Origin: Vibrio alginolyticus NBRC 15630 = ATCC 17749
GTDB lineage: Bacteria > Pseudomonadota > Gammaproteobacteria > Enterobacterales > Vibrionaceae
Length of the DNA: 32,000 nt
Direction of reading: 5' to 3'
Assembly: GCF_000354175.2 (NCBI RefSeq)
Contig: NC_022349.1
Location: 1,890,001 to 1,922,000, forward strand
The translations under genes and the position numbers were made by a program. This document shows positions 10,045 to 20,200 of the stretch, in pieces (the first letter of the stretch is position 1; the number at the start of each line of letters is the position of its first letter). The notes under the pieces were generated by a model that ran no database searches, was not told the origin of the DNA, and saw only the letters and a program-made list of their open reading frames with translations.

Positions 10045-10063
10045 ATGAGCAATAAATACTTAC

Positions 10064-12973
10064 TTAGTTGTGGCTCACCACAATCAAACGCAGCGAGTCG
10101 AGCTGAACCTGAGCTTGGTTGATGTAACCAGTGAGCTCTTTAATTTGTGCGTCGATAGCTTCAATTTCTTCGTCACGAATATTTGGGTTCACCGCTTTCA
10201 GTGCTTGCAAACGCTCAAGCTCTGCATTCAAACTGTGCTGCATATCTTGATGAGCTTGTTTGCGTACTTCTTCGACCTTCTCTTCAATAAGAACATCACC
10301 GGCTTCAATTAAGCGGTGTACGTCTTTCTGTACCGACGTAACCAACTTGCTACCTAAGTGACGGTTTACAGGGCTGAGCTGGCGGTTAAAGCTTTCAAAC
10401 TCCACTTGAGCAGACAAATCATTACCACGCGAGTCCATCATTAAACGGATTGGCGTTTTCGGTAAGAAGCGCGCGATACCACTGCGTTTTGGCGCTTGCG
10501 CATCTACCGCGTAAATCAACTCAAGAAGAATAGTCCCGACTGGTAACGCTTTGTTTTTCAATAGAGATACCGCAGACGTCCCCACCCCTTCACTCATAAG
10601 AAGATCGATACCACCCTGGATCATTGGGTGTTCCCAACTGATAAAGTGCATATCTTCACGAGATAAAGCCGTATCACGATCAAACGTGATCGTCGCTCCT
10701 TCGTATGGCAGACCTGGGTAGCTTGGCACCATCATGTGCTCAGATGGGGTCACAATCAGGGCGTTTTCACCTTTATCGTCTTGATTCAAGCCAATCGTGT
10801 CAAAAAGAGAAAGTGCGAAGGTGACCAGATTGGTATCGCCGTCAGTTGATTCAATTTTCTCAACGATTTGTTGTGCTTTTTCCCCGCCATTTGAATGCAT
10901 TTCTAATAGGCGATCACGGCCTTGCTCCAATTGGGATTTCAGCTCTTTATTCATTTTTGCTGACGCTTCAATGATCTCATCTAGCGTGCTGGTATCACCA
11001 GAGGCAAGAATTTCAATCAGATCATCGGAGTACTTATCGTAAACAGCACGGCCTGTTGGGCAGGTTTCCGCAAAAGCGCTCAGGCCTTCATCGAACCAAC
11101 GTGCTAGGATCGCTTGCGATGTGCCTTTCAGGTAAGGAACATGAATGTCGATATCGCGATTTTGACCGATACGGTCCAAACGACCAATACGTTGCTCAAG
11201 CAAGTCTGGGTTAAATGGCAAGTCGAACATGACAAGTTGGTTGGCAAACTGGAAGTTACGACCTTCAGAGCCGATTTCGCTACAGATAAGAACTTGTGCT
11301 CCACCTTCTTCTTGCGCAAAGTAAGCCGCCGCTTTGTCACGTTCAAGAATCGACATACCTTCGTGGAAAACGGTGGCGCGGATACCTTCACGCTCACGCA
11401 GTGCTTGCTCCAATTGCAGTGCGGTACTCGCACGAGAAGCAATCACGAGGATTTTCTCGCTGCGCTTCTCTTTTACTTTTTCAAGCAACCAATTCACACG
11501 CGAGTCAAACTGCCACCAGCTCGCGTCATCGCCTTCAAATTCTTGGAAAATTTCTTCCGGGTAAAGGTTCTTCATCGCACGTGCTTCAGAACTCATCTTA
11601 CCGCCAATCATCCCAGCAACACGCATTGATGTAGTGTATTGCGGTGGAATATCCATTGGCATCAGATGCACGTTACGCGTAGGGAAGCCTTTGATGGCCG
11701 CGCGCGTGTTACGGAACAGAACACGCCCTGTACCATGACGATCCATCAAGTTATCGATCAGCTCTTGGCGTGCCGACGCTTTAGCTTCTTCGTCCGCTTC
11801 ACTTTCGATAATACGGAAAAGTGGTTCTACGTCTTGTTCAGACAACAACTCAGTGATCTGGTTTTTTGCTTCATTAGGTAGCTTTTCACCGGAAAAGAGT
11901 GAAGTAATCGCATCCGCTACGGGCGCGTATTGATCTTCTTCCTCAACGAATGCTTCGTAATCATAGAAGCGGTCTGGGTCCAATAAACGCAGACGAGCAA
12001 AGTGACTCTCACGACCAAGCTGCTCTGGCGTTGCAGTCAGTAGCAACACACCTGGAGTACGTTCAGCCAAGCCTTCTACCACTTGGTATTCACGGCTCGG
12101 TTTATCTTGGCTCCATTCAAGGTGATGCGCTTCATCGACAACCAGTAGGTCCCATTCACCTTCCAGTGCTTGTTCAAAACGCTTGCGGCTCTTGCGTAGG
12201 AAATCCAAAGAACACAGCACATATTGCTGAGTATCAAATGGGTTTTCTGCATCCGCAAACGCTTCGATACAGCGCTCTTCGTCAAAGATAGAGAAATGCA
12301 GATTGAAACGACGCATCATCTCAACCAGCCATTGATGCTGCAGTGTTTCAGGCACCACAATCAAAATGCGTTCGGCACGACCAGACAGAACTTGTTGGTG
12401 GATGATCATGCCCGCTTCGATGGTTTTACCCAAACCTACCTCATCCGCCAACAAGACGCGTGGCGCGTGACGACGGCCAACTTCGTGCGCGATGTAAAGC
12501 TGATGAGGGATCAAACCTGCACGCATACCACATAGGCCACGCATTGGGCTCTTATGCTGCTCAAACTGGTTGGTTAGCGCACGGTAACGCAGAACAAAGT
12601 TGTCCATACGGTCGATTTGACCGGCGTACAACTTATCTTGAGGTTTGTTAAAACGAATTTGGTTGCTAAGGAAAATCTCACGCAGAACAACAGCGGTTTC
12701 TTGCGTGTCTTCACGAGTACCGAAATAGGTGTAAAGACCTTCATCTTCCAGTACTTCTTCTACTTTTAGAGACCAACCTTCTTGGCAATCGATGACATCC
12801 CCAACATTAAAGGTGACTCGGGTAACAGGTGCATCGTTACGTGCGTAAACTCGGTTTTCCTCTGACGCTGCAAACATCAATGTCACAGTACGAGCATCCA
12901 TTGCTACAACGGTACCTAAACCTAAATCGCTTTCCGTATCGCTAATCCAGCGCTGCCCCAAAGCAAATGTCAT
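10064..12973 (-). CDS. rapA: RNA polymerase-associated SWI2/SNF2 ATPase RapA (HepA)
   Basis: 969 aa. The N-terminus [22 protein letters not shown] matches RapA. Helicase motifs are [10 protein letters not shown] (I), [10 protein letters not shown] (II) and the C-terminal helicase block [11 protein letters not shown]. Confidence 0.96.
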   Translation of the reverse strand: MTFALGQRWISDTESDLGLGTVVAMDARTVTLMFAASEENRVYARNDAPVTRVTFNVGDVIDCQEGWSLKVEEVLEDEGLYTYFGTREDTQETAVVLREIFLSNQIRFNKPQDKLYAGQIDRMDNFVLRYRALTNQFEQHKSPMRGLCGMRAGLIPHQLYIAHEVGRRHAPRVLLADEVGLGKTIEAGMIIHQQVLSGRAERILIVVPETLQHQWLVEMMRRFNLHFSIFDEERCIEAFADAENPFDTQQYVLCSLDFLRKSRKRFEQALEGEWDLLVVDEAHHLEWSQDKPSREYQVVEGLAERTPGVLLLTATPEQLGRESHFARLRLLDPDRFYDYEAFVEEEDQYAPVADAITSLFSGEKLPNEAKNQITELLSEQDVEPLFRIIESEADEEAKASARQELIDNLMDRHGTGRVLFRNTRAAIKGFPTRNVHLMPMDIPPQYTTSMRVAGMIGGKMSSEARAMKNLYPEEIFQEFEGDDASWWQFDSRVNWLLEKVKEKRSEKILVIASRASTALQLEQALREREGIRATVFHEGMSILERDKAAAYFAQEEGGAQVLICSEIGSEGRNFQFANQLVMFDLPFNPDLLEQRIGRLDRIGQNRDIDIHVPYLKGTSQAILARWFDEGLSAFAETCPTGRAVYDKYSDDLIEILASGDTSTLDEIIEASAKMNKELKSQLEQGRDRLLEMHSNGGEKAQQIVEKIESTDGDTNLVTFALSLFDTIGLNQDDKGENALIVTPSEHMMVPSYPGLPYEGATITFDRDTALSREDMHFISWEHPMIQGGIDLLMSEGVGTSAVSLLKNKALPVGTILLELIYAVDAQAPKRSGIARFLPKTPIRLMMDSRGNDLSAQVEFESFNRQLSPVNRHLGSKLVTSVQKDVHRLIEAGDVLIEEKVEEVRKQAHQDMQHSLNAELERLQALKAVNPNIRDEEIEAIDAQIKELTGYINQAQVQLDSLRLIVVSHN

Positions 12974-13291
12974 GAATTGACTACCTCGTTATTAGTTCTT
13001 GATTCGTGTTTCTTGTTGGTCTACTCATGCCCGTGGGCATGGATAATAGTTTAGATCTGATTCTGGCTTCTGCTATGCCGATAGCATTCGTCATTTCAGT
13101 ATGAACTGAGTATTTTTTAAGCCAGCTCAACATGATAAATCGGACGTAGCCTATACGCAGAAAAAGGTCGCTAATCTTACTTGAAGCTGTGATTTAGGTC
13201 ACGCCGAAACCGCACCAAGCAGAAACTTTTTTTCCCAAACTCTAAATGCAATCAAATTGTAAAATACTCATGCCAATTATTAAGTTGTAGA

Positions 13292-13306
13292 ACGTAAATA
13301 TTACGT
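13292..13306. promoter_or_regulatory. perfect palindrome ACGTAA-ATA-TTACGT in the rapA/PIN-PhoH divergent region (candidate operator, function unknown)
   Basis: The 6+3+6 dyad was read directly from the sequence. It lies mid-way in a 561-bp intergenic region between divergent genes. Confidence 0.25.
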
Positions 13307-13534
13307 ATACTTCTAATGAGGGGCGTTTAAAACCATTGCATATGATTTAAGCGCGTTAGTACACGATTAGGATCAACACGGGTTTGCAGTAAGTTGTCTT
13401 GCTACTCGGTTGCACACTAGCCGACATCAGCCCGACAACCTCTATTGCAAGCAATCAGAGTTAGGTCACTTCACACCTATTTGGAAACGACCTAACAACT
13501 CGCATGCAGAGCCGTACTACGGCAAGGAGACGCT

Positions 13535-14911
13535 ATGGGCGATACCGATCGGAAACTGTTTGTACTCGATACCAACATTCTTCTTCATGAACCCTTTGCC
13601 ATCTTCTCTTTCCAAGAACACGATGTCGTTATCCCCATGACCGTGTTGGAAGAACTCGACCGAATCAAAGACAGTAAGCGCGACGTTGCAAGAGATGCGC
13701 GCGTGGCTATTCGCACCTTGGAAGATTTGTTTAAAGAAGCAACGCCAGATGAAATCTCTGAAGGCATTCCTGTTTCTAAAGACAACCCCGACCAAGGTAC
13801 TATTTCCATTTTGGCGGATTTTGAACTGCAGGAAACTGTCAAAGCCTTCGCCGACAAAGCCGGTGACAACCGTATTCTCAACGCGGTGCTTTATCTGCAA
13901 AATAAACGTGCACCACGTGAAGTGGTACTGATCACGAAAGACATCAACATGCGTCTGCGAGCCAAAGGGGCTGGTGTACGCTTTGTTGAGGACTATAGAA
14001 CCGACCAACTGATTGACGACATTCAATACCTAACCAAAGGCTTTCAATTGCGTGAAGGTGATTTCTGGAGCGGTATTGAGGAAGTAGAAAGCTATGCTCT
14101 GGGCGGAAAAACTTACCACAAACTCAGTCGCGAACCCTTCGACCCAACCTTTATCAACCAATACGTTATTGATGAAGACAGTGACTTTGCTGGTCGCGTA
14201 GAAACCATCAATGAAGACAAGCTAACGCTTCTCGACCTGAGCCGCGAACGTCTAATGCATCGTAAGGCTTGGGACATCACACCTAAAAATATCTACCAGG
14301 GAATGGCGTTAGATGCCTTACTCGATCCAGAAATTGACTTGGTGATTCTAACGGGTGCGGCGGGTAGTGGTAAGACATTACTGGCAATGGGAGCAGCATT
14401 GGAGCAAACCATTGAAAAAAGCATGTTCGATAAAATTATCGTAACACGTAACACGCCAGATATCGGTGAATCCATCGGCTTCTTACCCGGCTCCGAAGAG
14501 GAGAAAATGATGCCGTGGTTAGCGGCGGTGACCGATACCTTGGAAGCACTACATAAACACGATCACTGCACTGAAGGCTCATTGAAGTACATCTGCGATA
14601 AAGCCAACATTCAATTTAAATCGATCAACTTTATGCGTGGCCGTTCGATTCAAAATGCGTTTGTACTGCTTGATGAGTGTCAAAACCTCACTGCATCACA
14701 AATCAAAACCATCATTACCCGCTGTGGCGAAGGAACCAAAATCGTCTGCTCCGGTAACTTGGCGCAGATTGACTCCCATTACCTCACCCCAGTGACATCA
14801 GGATTGACGTACATGGTTGAGCGCTTCAAGAACTTTGAAGGCAGCGCAAATATTCACCTCAACGGCGTGGTTCGTAGCCGCTTGGCGGAATTTGCTGAAG
14901 AAAACCTGTAA
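13535..14911 (+). CDS. PIN-domain / PhoH-like ATPase fusion protein (PhoH2/YlaK-type)
   Basis: 458 aa. The N-terminal PIN pattern is FVLDTNILL ... LEELD ... GDNRILN ... ITKDINMR. The C-terminal PhoH ATPase has Walker A GAAGSGKT and Walker B VLLDECQN. SD AAGGAG lies 6 nt upstream. Confidence 0.88.
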   Translation: MGDTDRKLFVLDTNILLHEPFAIFSFQEHDVVIPMTVLEELDRIKDSKRDVARDARVAIRTLEDLFKEATPDEISEGIPVSKDNPDQGTISILADFELQETVKAFADKAGDNRILNAVLYLQNKRAPREVVLITKDINMRLRAKGAGVRFVEDYRTDQLIDDIQYLTKGFQLREGDFWSGIEEVESYALGGKTYHKLSREPFDPTFINQYVIDEDSDFAGRVETINEDKLTLLDLSRERLMHRKAWDITPKNIYQGMALDALLDPEIDLVILTGAAGSGKTLLAMGAALEQTIEKSMFDKIIVTRNTPDIGESIGFLPGSEEEKMMPWLAAVTDTLEALHKHDHCTEGSLKYICDKANIQFKSINFMRGRSIQNAFVLLDECQNLTASQIKTIITRCGEGTKIVCSGNLAQIDSHYLTPVTSGLTYMVERFKNFEGSANIHLNGVVRSRLAEFAEENL

Positions 14912-14931
14912 TTGACACCGACTCACAAAGC

Positions 14932-14961
14932 AAAAGAGCGCTCTAATGAGCGCTCTTTTTA
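14932..14961. terminator. bidirectional intrinsic terminator between convergent PIN-PhoH gene and tldD
   Basis: Stem AGAGCGCTC (14935-14943) pairs with GAGCGCTCT (14948-14956) around loop TAAT. An A-run lies upstream and a T-run downstream. Confidence 0.8.
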
Positions 14962-14977
14962 TAACGATTCGACTGAG

Positions 14978-16423
14978 TTACTCCGTGCCACCCACTGTCA
15001 GTGAGTCCAGCTTCAAGGTCGGCTGACCAACCCCAACTGGCACACTTTGACCTGCTTTACCACATACGCCAACGCCCTTGTCGATACTTAGGTCGTTACC
15101 GACCATAGAGACTTGCTGCATTGCTTCGATACCTGATCCAATCAACGTCGCACCTTTAACAGGGCGCGTAATTTTACCGTTTTCAATCAAGTATGCTTCG
15201 GATGCAGAGAACACAAACTTACCCGAAGTAATGTCCACCTGACCGCCACCAAAGTTTGGCGCATACAACCCTTTCTCGACCGTCGAGATTATTTCTTCTG
15301 GCGTATGTTCACCTGGTAGCATGTAGGTGTTGGTCATACGCGGCATTGGTAAATGTGCATAAGACTCACGACGACCGTTACCTGTTGGGTTCACACCCAT
15401 TAACCGCGCGTTTAGCTTGTCTTGCATGTAACCTTTCAGCACACCATTTTCGATAAGCGTGTTGTACTGGCCGTTTACCCCTTCATCATCCACATTCAGT
15501 GAACCACGAAGGTCTTTTAACGTGCCATCATCGACGATGGTACACAGCGAAGACGTCACTTGTTGACCCATTTTGCCAGAGAAAACCGAAGATTCCTTCC
15601 GGTTAAAATCACCTTCTAGGCCATGACCTACCGCTTCGTGTAGCAACACGCCAGGCCAGCCAGAACCCAATACCACTGGCATCATGCCAGCTGGTGCTGC
15701 TTCTGCTTCAAGGTTGATTAACGCCATGCGAATCGCTTCGTCTGCGTAATGAAAAGCTTGTTTCACACCATTGCTTTCCGTTAAAAAGAAATCGTAACCG
15801 AAACGGCCGCCGCCACCAGCGCTACCGCGTTCACGTCGTTCACCTTTTTGTGCGAGCACGCTAATAGACAAACGCACCAAAGGACGAATATCGCCAGCAT
15901 AAGTACCGTCTGTTGCCGCAACAAGCATCTGCTCATGCACACCGCTGATGCTGATCGAGACCTCTTTAATCAATGGTTCTTTAGTGCGGATGTAAGCATC
16001 TAGAGATTTGAGCAATTCTGTTTTTTGCTGCTTTTCCCATTCAGCTAGTGGATTCACAGCGGCGTAGTACGCTTGGTTTTCGGTGCGTTTAAACGCTTGG
16101 ACTTTACCATTCTGCCCTTGCTGAGCAATACCGCGCGCCGCCATTGCACTCTGCTTCAGGCCTTCAGGCTGGATTTGATCAGAGTAGGCAAAGCCGGTTT
16201 TCTCGCCAGTTACTGCACGGACACCAACACCACAATCAATGTTAAAAGAGCCATCTTTGATGATGCTGTCTTCTAGAACCAGAGACTCATGCCAGCTGGA
16301 CTGAAAGTAAATGTCCGCATAATCGATCTGGCGCGTCGCAATGCTGGCAAGCGTGTCAGCAATGTCTTGTTCTGTCAGACCATTTGGGGCAAGGAGTGCC
16401 TGTTCTATTTGGTTTGTGCTCAT
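14978..16423 (-). CDS. tldD: metalloprotease TldD
   Basis: 481 aa, the same length as E. coli TldD and collinear with it. Contains the [11 protein letters not shown] zinc motif and [19 protein letters not shown]. Confidence 0.96.
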   Translation of the reverse strand: MSTNQIEQALLAPNGLTEQDIADTLASIATRQIDYADIYFQSSWHESLVLEDSIIKDGSFNIDCGVGVRAVTGEKTGFAYSDQIQPEGLKQSAMAARGIAQQGQNGKVQAFKRTENQAYYAAVNPLAEWEKQQKTELLKSLDAYIRTKEPLIKEVSISISGVHEQMLVAATDGTYAGDIRPLVRLSISVLAQKGERRERGSAGGGGRFGYDFFLTESNGVKQAFHYADEAIRMALINLEAEAAPAGMMPVVLGSGWPGVLLHEAVGHGLEGDFNRKESSVFSGKMGQQVTSSLCTIVDDGTLKDLRGSLNVDDEGVNGQYNTLIENGVLKGYMQDKLNARLMGVNPTGNGRRESYAHLPMPRMTNTYMLPGEHTPEEIISTVEKGLYAPNFGGGQVDITSGKFVFSASEAYLIENGKITRPVKGATLIGSGIEAMQQVSMVGNDLSIDKGVGVCGKAGQSVPVGVGQPTLKLDSLTVGGTE

Positions 16424-16434
16424 AGTTAGCTCTT

Positions 16435-17256
16435 TTATTTCCGTCTCAATTCATTTTGAAAGCGACTGTGTTGAGTCAGCGGCATATTCTGCCTTACTTG
16501 TTGGCTTTGTGACAAATCTATCTCAGTCACCAATAAACCTACTTCATCCTGAAGCTGTTTATGGATACGTCCCCAAGGGTCAACGACCATTGAGTGTCCC
16601 CATGTTTTTCGTCCACATGGATGCGTTCCAGTTTGTCCGCTTGCCAAAATCCAACATTGTGTCTCAATCGCTCTAGCTCGCAATAATACTTCCCAGTGAG
16701 CTTGCCCCGTCACAGCGGTAAACGCAGCGGGCACCACAATGATATCCGCCCCTTCTTGACGCAATACTTTATAAAGTTCTGGGAAACGTAAATCATAACA
16801 AATACTCAATCCAACACTGCCGATATCAGTTTCCGCAACGACTATTTGATTACCCGCCATAAACGTATCCGACTCACGATAACTACCATAACCATCGGCT
16901 ACGTCGACATCAAACATATGCAGTTTGTCATAGTGAGCAATGCATTTACCGTGCGGCGGAAATACAAGTGTTGTGGTGGTGACACCTTTTGCGGTTTGAA
17001 TGGGCATGCTTCCGACAATTAGCGTTAACTGGTTCTTTCTAGCGATTTCACAGAGCCGCTGTTGAATCATGCCACTGCCAAGTGGCTCTGCATGTTGATG
17101 ATAAGCTTCGCGACTGGAAAATAGCACTGTATTTTCAGGAGTAAGAACAAGTTTGGCACCTTGCTTGCTCGCTAAAGCACACTGTTTTTCAATGAAGTCC
17201 AAATTCGCGTTAATATCCGGACCCGAAGTCATTTGAATAATGCCAACACGCTCCAT
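16435..17256 (-). CDS. carbon-nitrogen hydrolase (nitrilase superfamily, Nit/YbeM-like amidase)
   Basis: 273 aa. The Glu-Lys-Cys triad context is visible ([25 protein letters not shown]). SD GGGAGGAA lies 5 nt upstream. The stop is 11 nt before the tldD start. Confidence 0.85.
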   Translation of the reverse strand: MERVGIIQMTSGPDINANLDFIEKQCALASKQGAKLVLTPENTVLFSSREAYHQHAEPLGSGMIQQRLCEIARKNQLTLIVGSMPIQTAKGVTTTTLVFPPHGKCIAHYDKLHMFDVDVADGYGSYRESDTFMAGNQIVVAETDIGSVGLSICYDLRFPELYKVLRQEGADIIVVPAAFTAVTGQAHWEVLLRARAIETQCWILASGQTGTHPCGRKTWGHSMVVDPWGRIHKQLQDEVGLLVTEIDLSQSQQVRQNMPLTQHSRFQNELRRK

Positions 17257-17289
17257 GTGTTTCCTCCCTATTCCATTATATTCGGTGAG

Positions 17290-20200
17290 TTATTTGGCCT
17301 GTTCACGCAGTTTTTCTGGCAGCTTGTATTCACCTTTACTTCGCGAAATTTCTTTCACCGTTGGTGAATCTAGTAGGCCTTTCACTTCATAATTGACTTG
17401 AGTGAAGACCTCAACCACCGGAGATATCACCGTAGAGATGGCCAAGACATACAAAGCAGTTTGAGGCGCAACGGCAAACGCGGTCAGCATTGGTAGGCCT
17501 GATGTGATGTCTGGTGTGAATTTCACTTCCGCATCAACCATTCTGCTGTTCATATTAGCGATGCCGCGGATTTGCATTTCCCCTGCTAACGCATCCATTA
17601 CGATATCATTGGTGATAAACACACCGTCTTGGATTTTGCCCGTTCCCGTGATCGAGTTGAATGCCATGCCTTTATCGAATACGTCGGTAAAGTCGAGCTG
17701 CATCTTACGGATGATAGAATCCAAGCTAAACAAGCCTAACAAGCGTGCCGCACCACTAACTTCACTGATCACGCCTTTACCAAATTCCGTTGAGACGTTT
17801 CCTTGCAAGGTTTGTGTCTTCATTGACCAAGGTGCGCCGTCCCATTCCATATTGGCATTGATCTCAAATGGTGCTTGTTGAATGCCTGATGTAATACCAA
17901 AGCGCTCCATAAGATCGGTGTTGTTATCACCTTTCATTTTCATGGTTAAGTTGGAATGGCTACTCTCTTTCGTCAGGTCCCACCAACCACTCATATCAAT
18001 GCGGTTTTTGCCGCTACTAAAGGTGATATTTTTCCACTCCAAACGGTTCTGGCGACGCTGCAAATCAACATTCACTTTGCCCACTTTGTAGCCTTGCAGC
18101 CAAAAATCATCAATGTTCAAAGTTAAGTTTGGCATCTCTGCGTGAAACTTGCGGTCAAAATTGGTAATCAAAGGTGCGTTTTGATCTTCACTCGCAAAGA
18201 TTGAGCTGCGCTCTTTGGTCATCTCTTCAAACCCTGGAATGTACAGATGCAAGTGCTCTAAAGAGACCGATAGATCATAGGGTTTCAGATAGTTAGCTTT
18301 CCCTTTAACCTCTTGACTGTCCACATCGAGTTGCCAACTCAAATTTTTCTTGCTTGCTGAAAAATCCACATCATGAAACTCAATCCCACCGAGCTGTAAG
18401 TTTGGCGTTTCAACTTCAATGCGTGTCGGCAATGGAATGGTCGGCGTTTTCATGCTTGCCAAAACAGACGATGACGGCTTGCTCTCAGAGACCTGCGCAA
18501 GCTCCGCCCATTGGTCTAAATTCAGTTCTTCGACACGCACCGAAGCATCGTGCCCGACAATAGGACTAATCCGGAAGCCACCTTTGCCAACCATTAAATG
18601 AGTCGCAGTCAGAACCGGGACATCGCCAGCGATATCTATCTCAGTTTGATACTTCACATTTGGGATCTGTAGTCTTGCTGAAATACTCTCTTGGTTACCG
18701 GATGCTTGCAGTTTCGCTTGCCCAGACTCACCAATTTTTTTCGCTAAAGGATAAGGATATTGACTAGCCAGACGATTTAGCTGCGCCAGCACTTCAAGCT
18801 GATAAGTGAAACCAACATCATTGAGTTGCAAGTCAATGTCCATTTGCCACGGCGCATGGCCAGAAACAAGGTTTAACCAACGCTCACCGACATAGGGTTT
18901 GAGAGGCTCGACATCCCAATCTCCTAGTGTATTAATTGTCACGTTGTAGCCTTGCTCCGCACTCTCCCCATGGAAATCAAGAGAGATAGGCTGTTGTAAT
19001 AATTCGGCCGACAAACCCGATGTGGTAACCACATCATTGTCGAAGGTGATACGTCCTGTGGCGTTTTCAAGCGTCATTGGCGGCGCTTCAATATCAACAC
19101 GATTTTCTGTTAAATCGGCATAACCCCAAGCGCGAGACTCTTTCTCAAAATCAAACGGTATATTGAGTTGAAACTCAGAGTAAACGGGACCACTCACTTG
19201 CAGCGCTGTCAATGCGGCACCGACTGAATCCACTAATGGCGTCGCCATCATGTAGTCACGGACTTCATTACCCGGCGCGCTTGCTTTCGCTTCAATCTCA
19301 ATGTGCCCACCTTCTGCCAACTCAGGGATTCGCCCAGTGATACGCTTGGCATGAACGCCATTTAGTGTGGCTGATTTTGAATCCAAATACATGGCATCAT
19401 TTTCAAACAGCAAGTCTAGCTGCAAATCCGTGATGGTTGGCCATGCCGTATCAAAGCTAAATTTCGCGTCTTTTAATCCAACCCAAGCTTGGAACATGCC
19501 ATTATGTTCTTTGTAAGGAAAATCACCTAACTCGCCATACCACAACAATTTCGCTGTATTCACTTTTCCGCCCTGAATCGCGGTCGAAAGATAGTCGGTC
19601 AAGTCTTGTCCAAGTGCCAGAGTCGGTAGATAGCGCCATGTTTCACCCGCGTTGTAGAGATCCGCTTCGGCATAGAACGATAAAAATGGGCTTTGTTCTT
19701 TTGGAAAATCAAGACGAAATGCCCCCAGGACTTGAAGATCAGGCGTTGCTGCCGTCACTTTATCCGACCACAAGCGCCAACCCGCATCATCTTGCTGCCA
19801 GATAATATCGACTTCACCTTGTTTGATATTCAGCGGAGCTTGGAATACATCGCCGTACGGAAAGACATCATCAATGACGGTGACTTTTGCTTTAGCTTGA
19901 TTCACATCCCCCGATACGCTGCCCTGTACGTGATGAAACCCGGGTAGGAGCTCCCATTGTGTCATCGCGAGTTCATCCAGTTCAGCCGAGTAGCGTAAGG
20001 TGTCTAAACCACCGTTCATTGACAATCGGACATCTTCGACCCGACCTTTCGGTGCTAGTTTGTTAATAAGGTCACTGGTCGACTCTGACTCTGGAGCCAG
20101 CTTAATGAGCGGAATGAGTGCTTCAATGTCGAGTTGAGAGAGATTAAGCATCCAGCCGTTTGGTTGCCAATCAAACGCGACGTCTAGCTCTGGCCAAGGG

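Noticed and set aside
10070-12651. A cluster of plus-strand ORFs antisense to rapA (for example 11114-11629 at 171 aa, 11296-11634, 11950-12291, 12224-12535).
   Set aside because: All lie fully inside the strongly supported rapA CDS. Their products are low-complexity, Arg/Ser/Thr/Phe-rich with no recognisable motifs or SDs. They are typical stop-poor antisense frames of a relatively GC-rich gene.
13194-13469. 9-bp direct repeat TTAGGTCAC at 13194-13202 and 13461-13469.
   Set aside because: A single 9-mer recurrence within 561 bp is close to chance expectation, and the flanking sequence shows no extended similarity.
13410-13640. 76-aa plus-strand ORF overlapping the PIN-PhoH start, and the 169-aa antisense ORF at 13517-14026.
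   Set aside because: They are out of frame with or antisense to a well-supported CDS that has a strong SD at 13523-13528. They have no motifs and their composition is typical of off-frame translation.
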